From the NCBI RefSeq assembly GCF_006345805.1, contig NC_043002.1, positions 35,898,001-35,962,000 of the forward strand: DNA of 64,000 nucleotides, read 5' to 3'. The position numbers were made by a program, and so were the translations under genes. A model generated the notes under the pieces. The model was not told the DNA's origin, ran no database searches, and worked only from the letters and a program-made list of their open reading frames with translations. Shown here in pieces: positions 12,528 through 24,540 of the stretch. The first letter of the stretch is position 1. Every line of letters starts with the position of its first letter. This stretch comes from Octopus sinensis (lineage: Eukaryota).

Positions 12528-12740
12528 TTTACATCCGCTCTCCATGCTACCATGGATTGGACAAGTCATCATAGTTCAAGTTAATTCTTATTGGAAGTTA
12601 CCATTCTAAAAGGGTCAAAGTACCACATCTTACTTGTATGTTTCATTTTGGGTTTGGTTTAAATGGCTGGATACCCTTCCTAACACCAACCACTTTTACA
12701 GAGTGAACTGGGTGCATTTTATCAGAGCGGTAGCACTAAA
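12528..12740 (-). repeat. Degenerate copy of the RTE 3' tail (truncated LINE or SINE)
   Basis: Reverse complement of the GGAAGGG.ATCCAGC and CCATG.TAGCATGGA blocks seen at 9900-10050. Confidence 0.55.
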
Positions 12741-13324
12741 GAAGTTATGTCCACAACAAGCCCAAAGGGTCCTCTTAACTCCATGTCTCTGTTCTATGCC
12801 AACCATCTTACTAGGTCCTGGGTGGACTTCATAATGACACGAACAGAAATGTGATTGCCTTGCATTCCATAAGATTAGAGAGACATCACTACTCTGTGAT
12901 GAGTTTGTTCACTCAAATGTATATGGCTGAGGAGTTAAATAGAAGAGAGAAGAATGGCTGAAAACCAGGATGGATGGTAGAATCAGAGTAACTGGAGATG
13001 GAGAGTAAGAGATGGGGCAAGAGAGTGATGAGCTGTAATAAAGGGAGATAAGGGGCAGCCAATATGTTTGTGTATGTCCCAATTACAATGCTTTCAATCT
13101 ACACTGATTTGCCTCTTGTGTCTCCTATCTCAGCTGTCTTTTTCCATGTCCAACTCAAACTGATGTACACATCAGTAGCACCTTTTCTACTAGTTGGACC
13201 CATGAAAGGAGCTCCTTTTTGAAATAGTGAAAATTATTGTTGAAATCTTTACTTCCACCCAACTTTCCTTCAATACATTTTTTAAAATGAAAAACTTATT
13301 TCTTTAAAAGTAGGTAATTGTTAG

Positions 13325-14035
13325 TTTTTAATGCCAGACCAGATTGATCAACCTTACTTTTCTAAGTTGGATCTTTCCATCGTTTAATGACATACAGTAT
13401 ATCCAAGTTTGACCTTTCTTATCTTAAAATTAGGTATAGTGCATCTAGGATGGTATAATGCAAAGTGCCTTTTTTATACTTATTTATTTTTTTACAGATG
13501 TTAGGTCTAATTTGGAGAAGATGTGGATGCTAATTCTAGTAGGCTGATCAGGCATATAGAAGCAGAGATAAAGAGATCCTCTCTATCAGTGTTTCTCAAA
13601 CATTTTTTTACCTATGAACCCTTTTTATTCTTATTTTACTCAGATGGGCCCTTCTAGACATTCGATGTTTTAAAAAAATCATTTTATATTTTTATAATTA
13701 AATATCATTAGGAATTGTATAAAAAAAATTGTTAAAATATTTTGTGTATTGTAGCAGTATAATCAATTTGTTGCAGATAAACCTTAACAACAAAATTTTT
13801 TATGGACCCTAGTTGAGAACCACTGCTCTATATGGTTGCTCAATTATCTAGCAGTAGCAGCCATATCATCTTCAAATCATTTCTATTGTTTTAAAGAAAA
13901 AGGGATACGTACAAGATAATGTTGTCTTCAGTAATACTTTCTGAAAACCAAAAGATCAGATAGTCATGAATGTAATGACTTTGATTATAGATCTGTTCTA
14001 TCAAGATTCAACAGAGAACTAAACAACAAATAACT
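13325..14035. repeat. Two opposed copies of an abundant unnamed ~200-250 bp dispersed repeat
   Basis: Family hallmarks are GACCTATGATCAAAGGC.TTCCAGC and GATTTGAGGGAGATTTGGCTGCTATTTCTAGCAG. There is a + copy at 13325-13560 and a - copy at 13834-14035. Confidence 0.55.
13587..13825. mobile_element. hAT-family MITE
   Basis: TIRs CAGTGTTTCTCAA / TTGAGAACCACTG, and an 8-bp TSD CTCTCTAT / CTCTATAT (7/8 match). Confidence 0.8.
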
Positions 14036-15899
14036 ACATAAAGGTTCTGCGGTTGTCTCTTAATGGTAATTGGTTTCTACTGGCTTACTTAGCAGTCTCT
14101 CTCTCTCTCTTGCTCTCGCTCGATCGTTGCTTTCCCTCTGCAGCCTGACCTGTAGCAGGCTAAGACCTGTTAGCAAGCTATACAAATGTATCTCTTATAT
14201 CTTCTTTGGTGTCAATTAACTGACATAAGAAATTGTTTTGTTCCTCTGAGGCCTGGCATTAATATTTACTATTGTCAGCTTTCTGGACTTAGTGCCAATG
14301 GAAGAGAAGTGGACTAGATTATTTATAGTTATTGTATCTTGTTCAATGCCTTGTAGTTGTGAATTCAAATCCAATTGTAGTTGATGTAACATTGATTTCC
14401 CAAGAGATATTGATAATCTTCCCTTAAGAGAGTGTTTGAATCAACTTTATATTTTCACACCATCCCACTGCTACAACTTGAGCCAAAGAGAGATTCTCTA
14501 TATTGTTGCTTGACTTGTTAGAAATAGCAACCAAGTCTTCTTCAAATCAAACTCCACCATTTTCAACAAAGAAGGCATTGTTTAATATAGTCCTAAAATA
14601 AGAGGGTGGTCAGTGCTAGAATGCTTTTGATCATAGGTTTACTTAATTAACCCTTTGCCTGTCCAAAGCATTTCCATAAATTTGACCTATATATCTATGT
14701 TTGTTTGCAGACTTTTAGTTATCCTTCTTTCATATGTTCTGAGTAATATAACTCCTTCATAAGTCCCAAGTTACTCTAGTGGTTTAAAAAAAAATTGAGA
14801 ATGTGTGTCATATATGATGCATGGACACCAGGGAAATATGTTTTATGTATCACATGTGACACACAAGAAAGGCAATGTTATGGTTGATCTTGGCTTAAAC
14901 AGCAACTATCAGAACAATTGTATATATGAAAAAACATAGTATGACACTCAGTTTATGAAATATCCAATAATATTGTTTAATGATTTGCATATTTCATACT
15001 CTCTACTTCATTGGCAGCAATATTGCCTTCTTCCATTTCTTACAGAATTTGGTTTGTTACCACATGTCATGCCATAACCCAATGGTAACTGAACCACTAA
15101 CCCAATAAGTAATCTTCATCATCACCACCTTCATCATTTAAGATCTGTTTTTCATACTAGTGTGGGCTAGACTCATCAACGTGTCGTGAAACTCAATAGC
15201 TAGTTATTAGTTCTTCTACTTTTACTTTAATGTCCAATTACAAGAGTGTATATATTGTCAATTCATTTGGCAATACCAAGAGTATGCCTAATGTTATTTA
15301 ATTAGATAATCAAGAATGTGCCCATTATGAATTCACTGAATAATATCAAGAGTGTACTCCTTGTAAACCTTAGTGATCTTTGTTCCTCTGTGATAGAATC
15401 ATTAATAATAGTGTTTCTAGTGATTAACCAATTTGGCAGAGCAATACTTGTAACTCACTGGTTAAACTGAATGATGGCTATGATTGTTTGATCAATAAGA
15501 GCTTTTTCTGCTAACATGACTGTGCTTGTGTATTGATCTTATTAATGTTGTCTTCTAATATTGTAATCATCAAGCTATGTCACATTCTGGCTGATTATTG
15601 TTGTTCTTGCTCAACCACAAATCCACTCTGATTGAGAAGAAGTGTGATCAAAGGTATTACAGCCATAACTAGCCAATCTTTTTTATTCAGAAAGTATAGC
15701 CAGGACTACACTTTTCAATGTATTCTCTCTTTTTAAGACAGTAGAATGTAGTTTGAAGACTATTTAGCTGTTGTTTCTAGCAGATCAAATTATTTGCATC
15801 AAGGTTTCTTTGGTCTGGCTGATAGACTAAAAAGGTGCTCTTACTTAATAAGATCTGCACTCAGACAAATTATTGTTTTAATAATTTTCTATACTTGTC

Positions 15900-16040
15900 T
15901 ATCAGAGGAGCAGGGTGGGGTAGTACCAATGACCTCTCTCAGCCTGGTAAAATTGATGCAGTTGATGTTCAGCATAATTATTTGTTGGATAGTAGAGAGG
16001 AGTATGCAGTTTGCTGGTTCAGAAGAGCAGTGAATGTGAT
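15900..16040 (-). mobile_element. CR1-type LINE 3' end remnant
   Basis: The reverse complement shares GCTGAACATCAACT.CA...ACCA..CTGAGAGAG with the CR1 3' end at 43670-43720. Confidence 0.45.
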
Positions 16041-16124
16041 AGCCTGAGAAGTAGAGGCAATATGAAAGGAAACAGCTAGTAGTTGTTGCATGATAGAAAG
16101 AATGTTTTTTTTTTGTTTACATTC

Positions 16125-16275
16125 TAGGTATAAGCATAGCTATGTGGTTAAGAAACTCACTTTATAACCATGTTGTTTCAGTTCAGGTTTAGTCCCCTGT
16201 GTCTTCTACTAGCCCTGGGCAGACTAATACCTTGTGATTGAATTTGGTACACAGAAACTATGTTAAAGCTAAAAT
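16125..16275 (+). repeat. tRNA-headed SINE, second family (other copies near 27340, 30590, 32720, 33060-, 34580, 55810-, 56830, 61470)
   Basis: Hallmarks are GCT(G/A)TGTGGTTAAGAAG, GTGTCTTCTACTA and TTGGTAGACAGAAACT. The same blocks recur at the listed positions. Confidence 0.6.
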
Positions 16276-16320
16276 ACCATCATAATAAAAAAAAACATGA
16301 AAACCAGACCTATTCAACTG

Positions 16321-16380
<60 letters not shown>

Positions 16381-17504
16381 TATAATATATATATATATAA
16401 TATATATATATATAATGGATAATAAAACAAATGCCATATATATATATGTATAGATATATATGGTATGGATTGGGCAGTTTAACCAAGATCTAATGAGTCG
16501 AAGAACCACATCATGCTCCAGTGTCTACTTTAGCATGGTTTTTGTGGCTTGACATGTAGCTTTTGTGTTTGTTCTCTGCCTTGGCTTGGAGAGCATTGTT
16601 GGTTTGTTTACATCCCTATGACTTTTTAGTTCACCAACAAGAGCAATAAACTATGTACCAGACTTAAAGAATAAGTACAGTGGGGGTGGATAGTTTGTTT
16701 GACTAAACCCTTCAGTGCAGTACCCCAGCATAGCCACAGTCCAACAACTGGAACAAATTAAAGAAAGATAAGCTGTATATCTTTTCATGTCATTTCTAGC
16801 TACTATTTCCATTGCTATAAAATCACTTCCCCCTACTCATTGTTTTGCTATCATACCAGACATATTCCAATTGTCTAGCTTTTGTGTAACATAAATTTTA
16901 TTGAATACTTTGAGAATTTTCTTTTCTTCTCTAGTTTTTAATTGTTCATCATTCTTTTCATTCAATTAACATGCATTACTAACATGCTAACGTTCTTGAG
17001 TTAAAATAATTACGTGACCTGCAATTCGTTACTTTCTCTAATAACTTCTGTAATCGTACCCCTTTAAATACTTAACATCATTCTCATGTGTTTCTATTGT
17101 TCTTTGCTTCACTGTTGCCCTTTGCTACTATTTCAATTTTCTTGTGGCAAAACTAGCCATTTCTTCCATTTCACTATTGTCCTTTGCTATTATTTTGATT
17201 TTTTTGTGGCAAAGCCAGCCACTTATTTGACCACTTCCGGCTGTAGATTATATAAAGAACCCTTTTGCACATGGCTTCTCTCAAACCTTTTCATCTTGCT
17301 CTGCTATTTGACACCATCATATCACATAAAGAACATCTACTGAATGGTGGGCATCATGGAAGCAAAGTGGCTGAGTTCCTTTCAAGCATTGGCCCTCATG
17401 GAGGCAAAGTGGCAGAGTTCCTTTTGAGTGTTGGTCCTCACGGAGGCAATGACCAAGAACATTGGCATTATGTCATGCTTGAGAAGAAGACCCATCAAGC
17501 TGAG

Positions 17505-17770
17505 CAAAATCACAGTTGCGGCAGATACCGGTGTCATGCAAATTGGCACCCATGCCAGTGGCACATAAATGCACCCCAATGTCATGCAAATGGCACTCGT
17601 GCTGGTGGCATATAAAAGCACCCATTACACTCTCTGAGTGGTTGGCATTAGAAAGGGCATCCAGCCATAGAAAATAATGCCAAATCTAACTGGAGTCTGG
17701 TGAAGCCAGTCAAACCGTTCAACCCATGCCAGCATGGACAACAGACGTTAAATGATGATGATGATGATGC
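17505..17770 (+). repeat. RTE 3'-tail copy with degenerate tandem modules
   Basis: TGGCAC-containing repeats followed by AAAAGCACCC.TACACTC...CCATGCCAGCATGGA..CAGACGTTAAA(TGA)n. Confidence 0.8.
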
Positions 17771-17814
17771 TTGTATGGGTTGTATTGTTTTTGGAAATGA
17801 AGTTATTTGCTTAA

Positions 17815-18035
17815 CCCTTTAGTGTTTAAACTGGCCAAATCCGGCACAATATATTCTACATATTTTATATTCAAACTGGCCATATTTAGCCTCTCACACC
17901 TAACCTACATTGACATTCTAAAAATAAACAATCACATCATTGAAACCTCAAAGCTATAAGGTAATGCATGATTAATTCAAAACAATTTAAATAAAAAAGC
18001 ATTACATTTAACAGAGTAATCTGAACACTAAAGGG
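17815..18035. mobile_element. piggyBac-like MITE
   Basis: TTAA on both sides (17811-14 and 18036-39). TIRs CCCTTTAGTGTTTA / TGAACACTAAAGGG. Length 221 bp. Confidence 0.85.
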
Positions 18036-18400
18036 TTAATGAGCTATTCAATTGGAATTGGTAAAGCATTACAATTGACTGCATGCCCTTCAGTGTGCTA
18101 ACTACTCAGCTGAAATATGTGTGGTATCTTCAGCTAAATTGAATTGAGCTTATTGAATAATGAGTTGGTATACTGCATCACTACTAAATAAATAAATAAT
18201 CACTTCTTTGCAATCAAGCTCTCTCAAGCCTTCAAAGAGCTCCTGGCTTCTTCCATTTTCTGCAATTGTTACAGCTGCTGCTACAGGATTGGAGTACCCT
18301 TTTTAAAAGTATTAAGAGGGATATAGTTGTGTGACAAACATTACATATATTATCAAATATTAATCAGATTGATCACACTAAGGTATTCATGTATCTTTAA

Positions 18401-18572
18401 CCCTTTTACATTCAGATCACTCTGTCCAATATAAAACTTATTTATTCACATTGTTTTGAATTAATCATAAATTAGCTCATACCTTTAAGATTTTGAGGTC
18501 ATTGCTTATTTTCAGAATGAAATTGTTGGGTAGGTAGTGAGAGGGCAGATCTGGCCGGTTTAAATGCTAGAA
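18401..18572. mobile_element. Second, inverted and internally deleted copy of the same piggyBac-like MITE
   Basis: Runs TTAA-CCCTTTTACATTCAGA...GTTTAAATGCTAGAA-TTAA. Its internal sequence is the reverse complement of 17815-18035 (TTGTTTTGAATTAATCAT). Confidence 0.65.
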
Positions 18573-18925
18573 TTAACTCGAATTTCACTTGGTATAACCG
18601 ACAAATTTAACATGCCTCATTACTGAGGAAAAACCAGTTATGAGAGGTTCAAACAAGAGGCTTATGCATCTGCAGGAGGAGACAGCTAAATTGCAGTTGC
18701 TTATTGAATTTAGCAGCATTTTATATCTGTAAGCTTTTTCTTACCCCCACTTTATCAGTTATTCTGCATCTCTGTCTCATACACCTATCAGCTACAGTAT
18801 ATTCTTTACTGTTTATTTGTAGCCTCATATATTCTATCCTCTCTGCCAGTTGTTCTGTATTGCAGTCTATTTGTTGCTTTGCTTTTTATCTCTGTTTTTG
18901 TGCGTGCACACACACACATGCACGC

Positions 18926-18969
<44 letters not shown>

Positions 18970-21030
18970 ATGTATGTCAATTGGTGTATACTCACTATAA
19001 ACTTCTCTCGCTCTCTCTCACTACATATCAGTTCTTTCATAATTTCTTGCTAGTTGCTATATACCTATTTTCTCTTCAAATCTCATTACTCTCTGGTTAT
19101 TAGATGCTTTTCTGTCAGCAGTATATTCATATATATATATCAGTAATGGTAGCTTGCCTGTTATACTGCATCAGACATACTATACTCTATTTTCTGTATA
19201 TCATCAATATACCTTCTTTTGCTTGAAAATTTCTGTTGTGTGTCTATATCTTTAATTTTTAGATTTTGTCATAAATAATCCACTCTCATCTCATAAACAT
19301 GCCTCCTCTCCTCATGTTAGTCAGTATTGTATGACTATCTCTCTCTCTCAATAAATGTATGTGTGTATATATATATATATTTATTGAGAGGTCTGTTTGG
19401 GTGCTACTCCATCTTTATGGAGACATTATAAAGTTATAAAGGGCCTATCAGCATTTTTCTCTTCCTCTAATCGCATCCAGCATTCTGGTGTGTGTGTACA
19501 CATAGTTTCATTAACATAGCATTTGCTTAGAGCATCACTGGAATGCCTTTTAAATGCCACTCATTTTGTGATATACATTATGATTCTTCATTTGAAAATG
19601 TTATACTCTTGTCCCAATGAACTATACTGAATATCTTGATAGTATTTATCAAATATCTTTCAATGATACACCAACTCTTTTACACACGCATGCGTGCACA
19701 CACACACACCTCCATACAATAAAGGGCACTACTTAAGAAAGGTTCTCTTTCTCCTTATGATGTCTTATAAATAATATAACATTTTCTATATGTAGATAAT
19801 AATGTCACTTACAGAATCTCTTGATTTTCATCATTGATGTTCTCTTTTCTGTGTTACTTAGCCCTAGGTTTTTTCTGTTTGAGCAGATCTGTTATTAATC
19901 ATTCTCATCTTTGTTTAAGGTTTAATCCATTTAGGTCTATGTTTACTTAAGGGAGAGTTAGCTGCTATTTCAAGCAAAATCAGTGACCACATAAATGCCC
20001 CTTTCATTTTGTGTCAACTTATTTCTGAGGATTTCTATTCAATTGTAGCTAGATCTAATTGTTCATCATAAAATCTGACTAGGTCTACTTTTACATAGGT
20101 ACTGCTCTACTATCAACTCTATACCCTACATCTATATGCCATTCTTATTAACACTGCATGTCTGTATCATTGTTAAACATCTTTACTGGGTATATTAACT
20201 GATATTTGTGGTGGTGTTTGTTATTCTTGTTAAATGAAGATCAGTACCTATGTTCAAAGATTAAAGTAAACCTGTGATTAAAATGTTACAGCCAATTATG
20301 TTTTTTCAGACCTTCTGTCTCTTATAACTGTTATTAGCCAAAGTGCCCTTCCTTTTTTTAAACAGTAAAGTATGATTTAAAGAAGAGTTGTATATTCTTT
20401 CCAACAACCTGAGCAATCACAGAGATTTTGAGATATGTATGTATGTGTGTGTGTGTGTATATATACATATATATATTGTGTGTGTGTGTGTGTGTGTGTG
20501 TATACATACATATACAAGGAAAGAATAAAGGAATTAATTCCATATATAGAACAACCATATAGTGCTCAAAGAATGAGCTATATGAATAATATATTATGTT
20601 ATATTTTTTCTATTCTCTGTATTCCAAATGAGGAGGACTCTTAAGTCTATTATGTGTTCCTTGATAAAGGAACTGTATATATGGTAGATGGACAGGAATA
20701 TTTTATCCACCCTCAGTAACATTTTCCTCAAACGATCGTAGGATGAGTATTAGACTTTATCTCCAGCATAAAATACTTTTAATATCTTTAATTAATTATT
20801 TATATTGTCACATATTGTCTATGTATCTATAACTTTCTTCCTTCTTATTTATAACACGGATGTACCAAGTTCAGGCACTCATATGCCATTTTATATTTTC
20901 GTTATATATTCATGTACATTTTTATATGTTCATATGTATATTTTTATGTATTTTTGTACATGCATATATATTTTTTATGGTTTTATGAGATTTGCCTTGA
21001 AGTTATATATATATATATTAATATAAATAT

Positions 21031-21071
<41 letters not shown>

Positions 21072-21209
21072 AATTAATTTATGGCCAATATAATACCAAC
21101 AGTCAGGTGGAGCAGGGGAGTGGTTAACCAAGTTAGCAAATTATTTAATCATTTTGTGGTTTACAGTTTCAATAAAAGTTCTTTCAGGAAATATTTAAAG
21201 TTGAGACAG

Positions 21210-21490
21210 TGTCATGTGACAACTTGCTGGGGCTGCCTGCTGGAGCCTAGCGGCAGGTATTTAAAGGGAAAAAACTTGACAAGTCAGTCAGTCGCCAGCT
21301 AACACTTGTTGACGCTACATCGAAGAGGCCAGGGAACAGAAGAAAGAAGACACGCACCCAACACCAGAGCTGAAGACGCCTCCAAAAGGTAGAGGAGTAG
21401 GGGCCAAAACCGGACGTGGTTCCTCCTGATGATGTCTTGAGCTAACTGGATCCTATAAAGGAGCTGTTGTGGTAGCAGATCATGAAACAC
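21210..21490 (+). promoter_or_regulatory. GC/CpG-richer island with TATA-Inr architecture; possible solo LTR
   Basis: TATTTAAA at 21258-65 and TCAGTC at 21284-89 and 21288-93 (about -28/-32 spacing). The island starts TGTCATG and ends CATGAAACA. ACAGT is repeated at both edges. Confidence 0.4.
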
Positions 21491-22913
21491 AGTTGTAATT
21501 CCTGAGAACACTCTTTTTTAAATAAGTTGTCATTTAACTCCAGGTTAACACTAATCAAGCAAATCTATGATAAAAGGCATTCTCACTCTGACCATTCTAC
21601 TTTTCTCTTGGTATAGTGTTTCTACAACTGCATTATTGAATGTATTTCTTTTCTATGATGATAGAGGGTAATTTGAGAAATACTTGGTTGACATTTCTAT
21701 CAGAGCACGCTCATTGCCACTATAGCTGGTTTATAATTAGTCAACAATAAAGTACCCCAGAGCCTTCAACTTAAACATGCACTGATTAGTATATGTTAGA
21801 AGGAAAAATAGAAAACATGAGTAAAGAAGATACTCCAGAAATGTTCTTGCTCTGGAAAGGAAAGACTGAGACAAAGTATTTATAAGTACCATTCTTGCTC
21901 TTAATTTGGCTGATTGTCTTTTATTTAACAGACACTATTCTTAGCAATATACTTCAATTATTATAAATTTCAAATACACATACATATTTGAGATTATATA
22001 TAGATAACCAAGTGAATAGCAGACTGACTGGTGAAGAGTTTGTGGTTTACATATTGTCATTGGCAATGTGTTGTGTCCATAGATAGTTTAAATATTTAAT
22101 AACAAAGTGGAAACTAGCATACTTTGACCATCTATGTTAGACCAAAGTAACTGAAAGTGGATAGTAAATGGATTGTTCACATCAGTGAAAAAATTCAAAA
22201 GATGGAAATTCTAAAATATGAAAGCACAACTATTATATCTTTGCAGTGGTTAAAAGATCTTGTTATAGCAACTTCGATGAGATTGTCTATCTTTCAATTT
22301 TCCTTTTCAAGTTTGAATTCAACTTAAAAGAATGATTTGTTCAGTGAACTGTTTTGTCACTGGTTACTGTCGTTACCCCTCAAATCAATGTTTAAATATC
22401 ACCAATGACTTTTTACAACATTTGTAATAAATTAGTTGTCACTTTTAGTGGCAAACGTTTTCAAAGATTGAGTCATGAGTACTGGTTTAGTAATTGTAGT
22501 ACTGAGATTAAATGCTGTAAATTTTGAATTCAAGTTATTTTGCAGTTTGAAATGGTAAGCAAATAAATCAATTGAATAAACCCAATACTTGAATTCAATT
22601 GTTAACATGCTTTGTCATTTTTTCATGTGGATAAGATGCCCATGTCTTAGTTGAAAAAGGCTTATCTTGTGGCTGACATTATGTTGTGTTTTGGATATTG
22701 CAGTAGCATTCTTATATACTTAAATTCTCATTATGTTACATACATAACATGGAAACTAAGAGAATTCAATATACCAAAGAATATTCATATGTTTGAAGCA
22801 TACATAGTCTTGCTGTGGAATAATGGAATGAGATATACTCTAAGTTTTAGAAAAATGGCATCAATATCAGAGCAATATGTTTTTAGTTGGTAGCTTTTGT
22901 CAAGTTCTATAAA

Positions 22914-23230
22914 TAGTGGAACATAGGTTTATAAATTTAATTCATTCCTGAAGGCTGTTTGTCACCCGAAACGTTTGTAAACTGAAACTATTTTTTCCAT
23001 ACGAAATTCAAGAGATGACATGGTGAATTCAAGCAAGGATGTGCACTGAGCAAAAGCTAGACAGCAGCTGATGCTCTCCTGCTGATACTCCCAGTTTGTC
23101 ACTAACCGTAGTTGCCAGATTGCATGTTCATTACTCAAGGCACTGCTCATCATCCAAGATGTTTTATGTTAAATTGTTTGTAAACCAATTTGTTCATATT
23201 GAGAGGCATTCATAAACCAAAGTTCCACTG
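22914..23230. mobile_element. Tigger/pogo-like MITE
   Basis: Imperfect TIRs TAGTGGAACATAGGTTTATAAAT / ATTCATAAACCAAAGTTCCACTG, followed by TA. Confidence 0.7.
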
Positions 23231-24419
23231 TACTTAACCTCGCTGTTTTTTTTAGTTGTTCTATAGACATATAGACATTTCACAGCAAGACTAGTCTTGT
23301 TTTGTTTGCTTCAAATTTCAGTCTTGAAGAGCCTGTGAGGTCTATAGGAACAGCCCCTTCTTCCAAAGAAATCCCATAAAAAAATTTATATCCTAAGAAT
23401 TATTTAAAATTTCACAGTATCAGATGTATTCAGAAATCCAAAAGTTGAATACATTGAATTATTTATTTTGAAATTATTTTATTCTAAAATTTGTATTACT
23501 ATCTCCAGCTCTTGTTTAGATTATGTTTTAGCAATGTTTTTGGTCTTTGAAAGTAAACCATAATAAAATTCTTATAGTGTTTCTCTTGCTTTCTCCAAAA
23601 ACTAAGTGTCTTGCTAAAATATGCAATGTTTTAGTTTTTGTTGCACCATAACTTCTATGGCTTCCTCCTTCTTGTTTCTTGATTTCCTCTGTATTTCTCT
23701 CTTCACATTAATTGTTGTTATTTGGCTCTAACATAGCTATGATCGAATGAACAGATTTATGGCTAAAGGTTTTCAAATTATGCCCATCCTGCCTTTTAAT
23801 CAGTTTTAGTGTAGGACTTGAGAGTGATTTGACTGCTATTTTCAGCTGGCCAAGAGACCTTGTAGAGCTTCCCTCAGTGACTCCATGCTGCATCATATAT
23901 ATCACCACATGTCTTAATTCTTCCATAAGACCAATTATTCTGAGATTTAACCTTACTGCTTCCTCCCGTATCTTTCACAATTTTTCTCTAACATTATTTT
24001 CTCTTCCTCTTGTACTTTTATCACCCAGTAGTCATCCATTCACATCATATCTCCATACTAATGCAGTCATCTAATCCTGTTGATGCTGTTACTGTTCAAC
24101 TGTCCTTTCTGCTCCAAATCTTACTGAGATATTATCCTTAATCAGCTTGTTTATCTACTAAAAAGCAGGAACACATGCATGTTTGCATATTTACATTTGT
24201 ACATGTATGTTATACGTTGTTGTTTTGCATGTTGTTTTACATGATTTGCATTAATGAATGGAACAGAAAGTTCTCAATACCTTAGTAGAATGTAATAATT
24301 ATTTCAGTTAACTTAGTAACTAGTTTCTCCAGCCAATTCAAACCCTAGAATAACAGACCACTGAATTAGCTGAAATAAATTATACATGTGTGTATGTGTG
24401 TGTGTGTATGTGTGTTTAT

Positions 24420-24540
24420 CGCATTAGGTAGGGCATCCAGCCATAGAAACCAAACCAAATCAGGCTGCAGCCTGGGGCTGTTCTCCGGCTTGCCAGCATA
24501 GAAAACAGACATTGAAGGATGATGATGATGATGATGATAT
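24420..24540 (+). repeat. Short RTE 3'-tail copy
   Basis: GCATTAGG.AGGGCATCCAGCC.TAGAAAC...GCCAGCAT.GAAAACAGACATT...(GAT)n. Confidence 0.7.
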
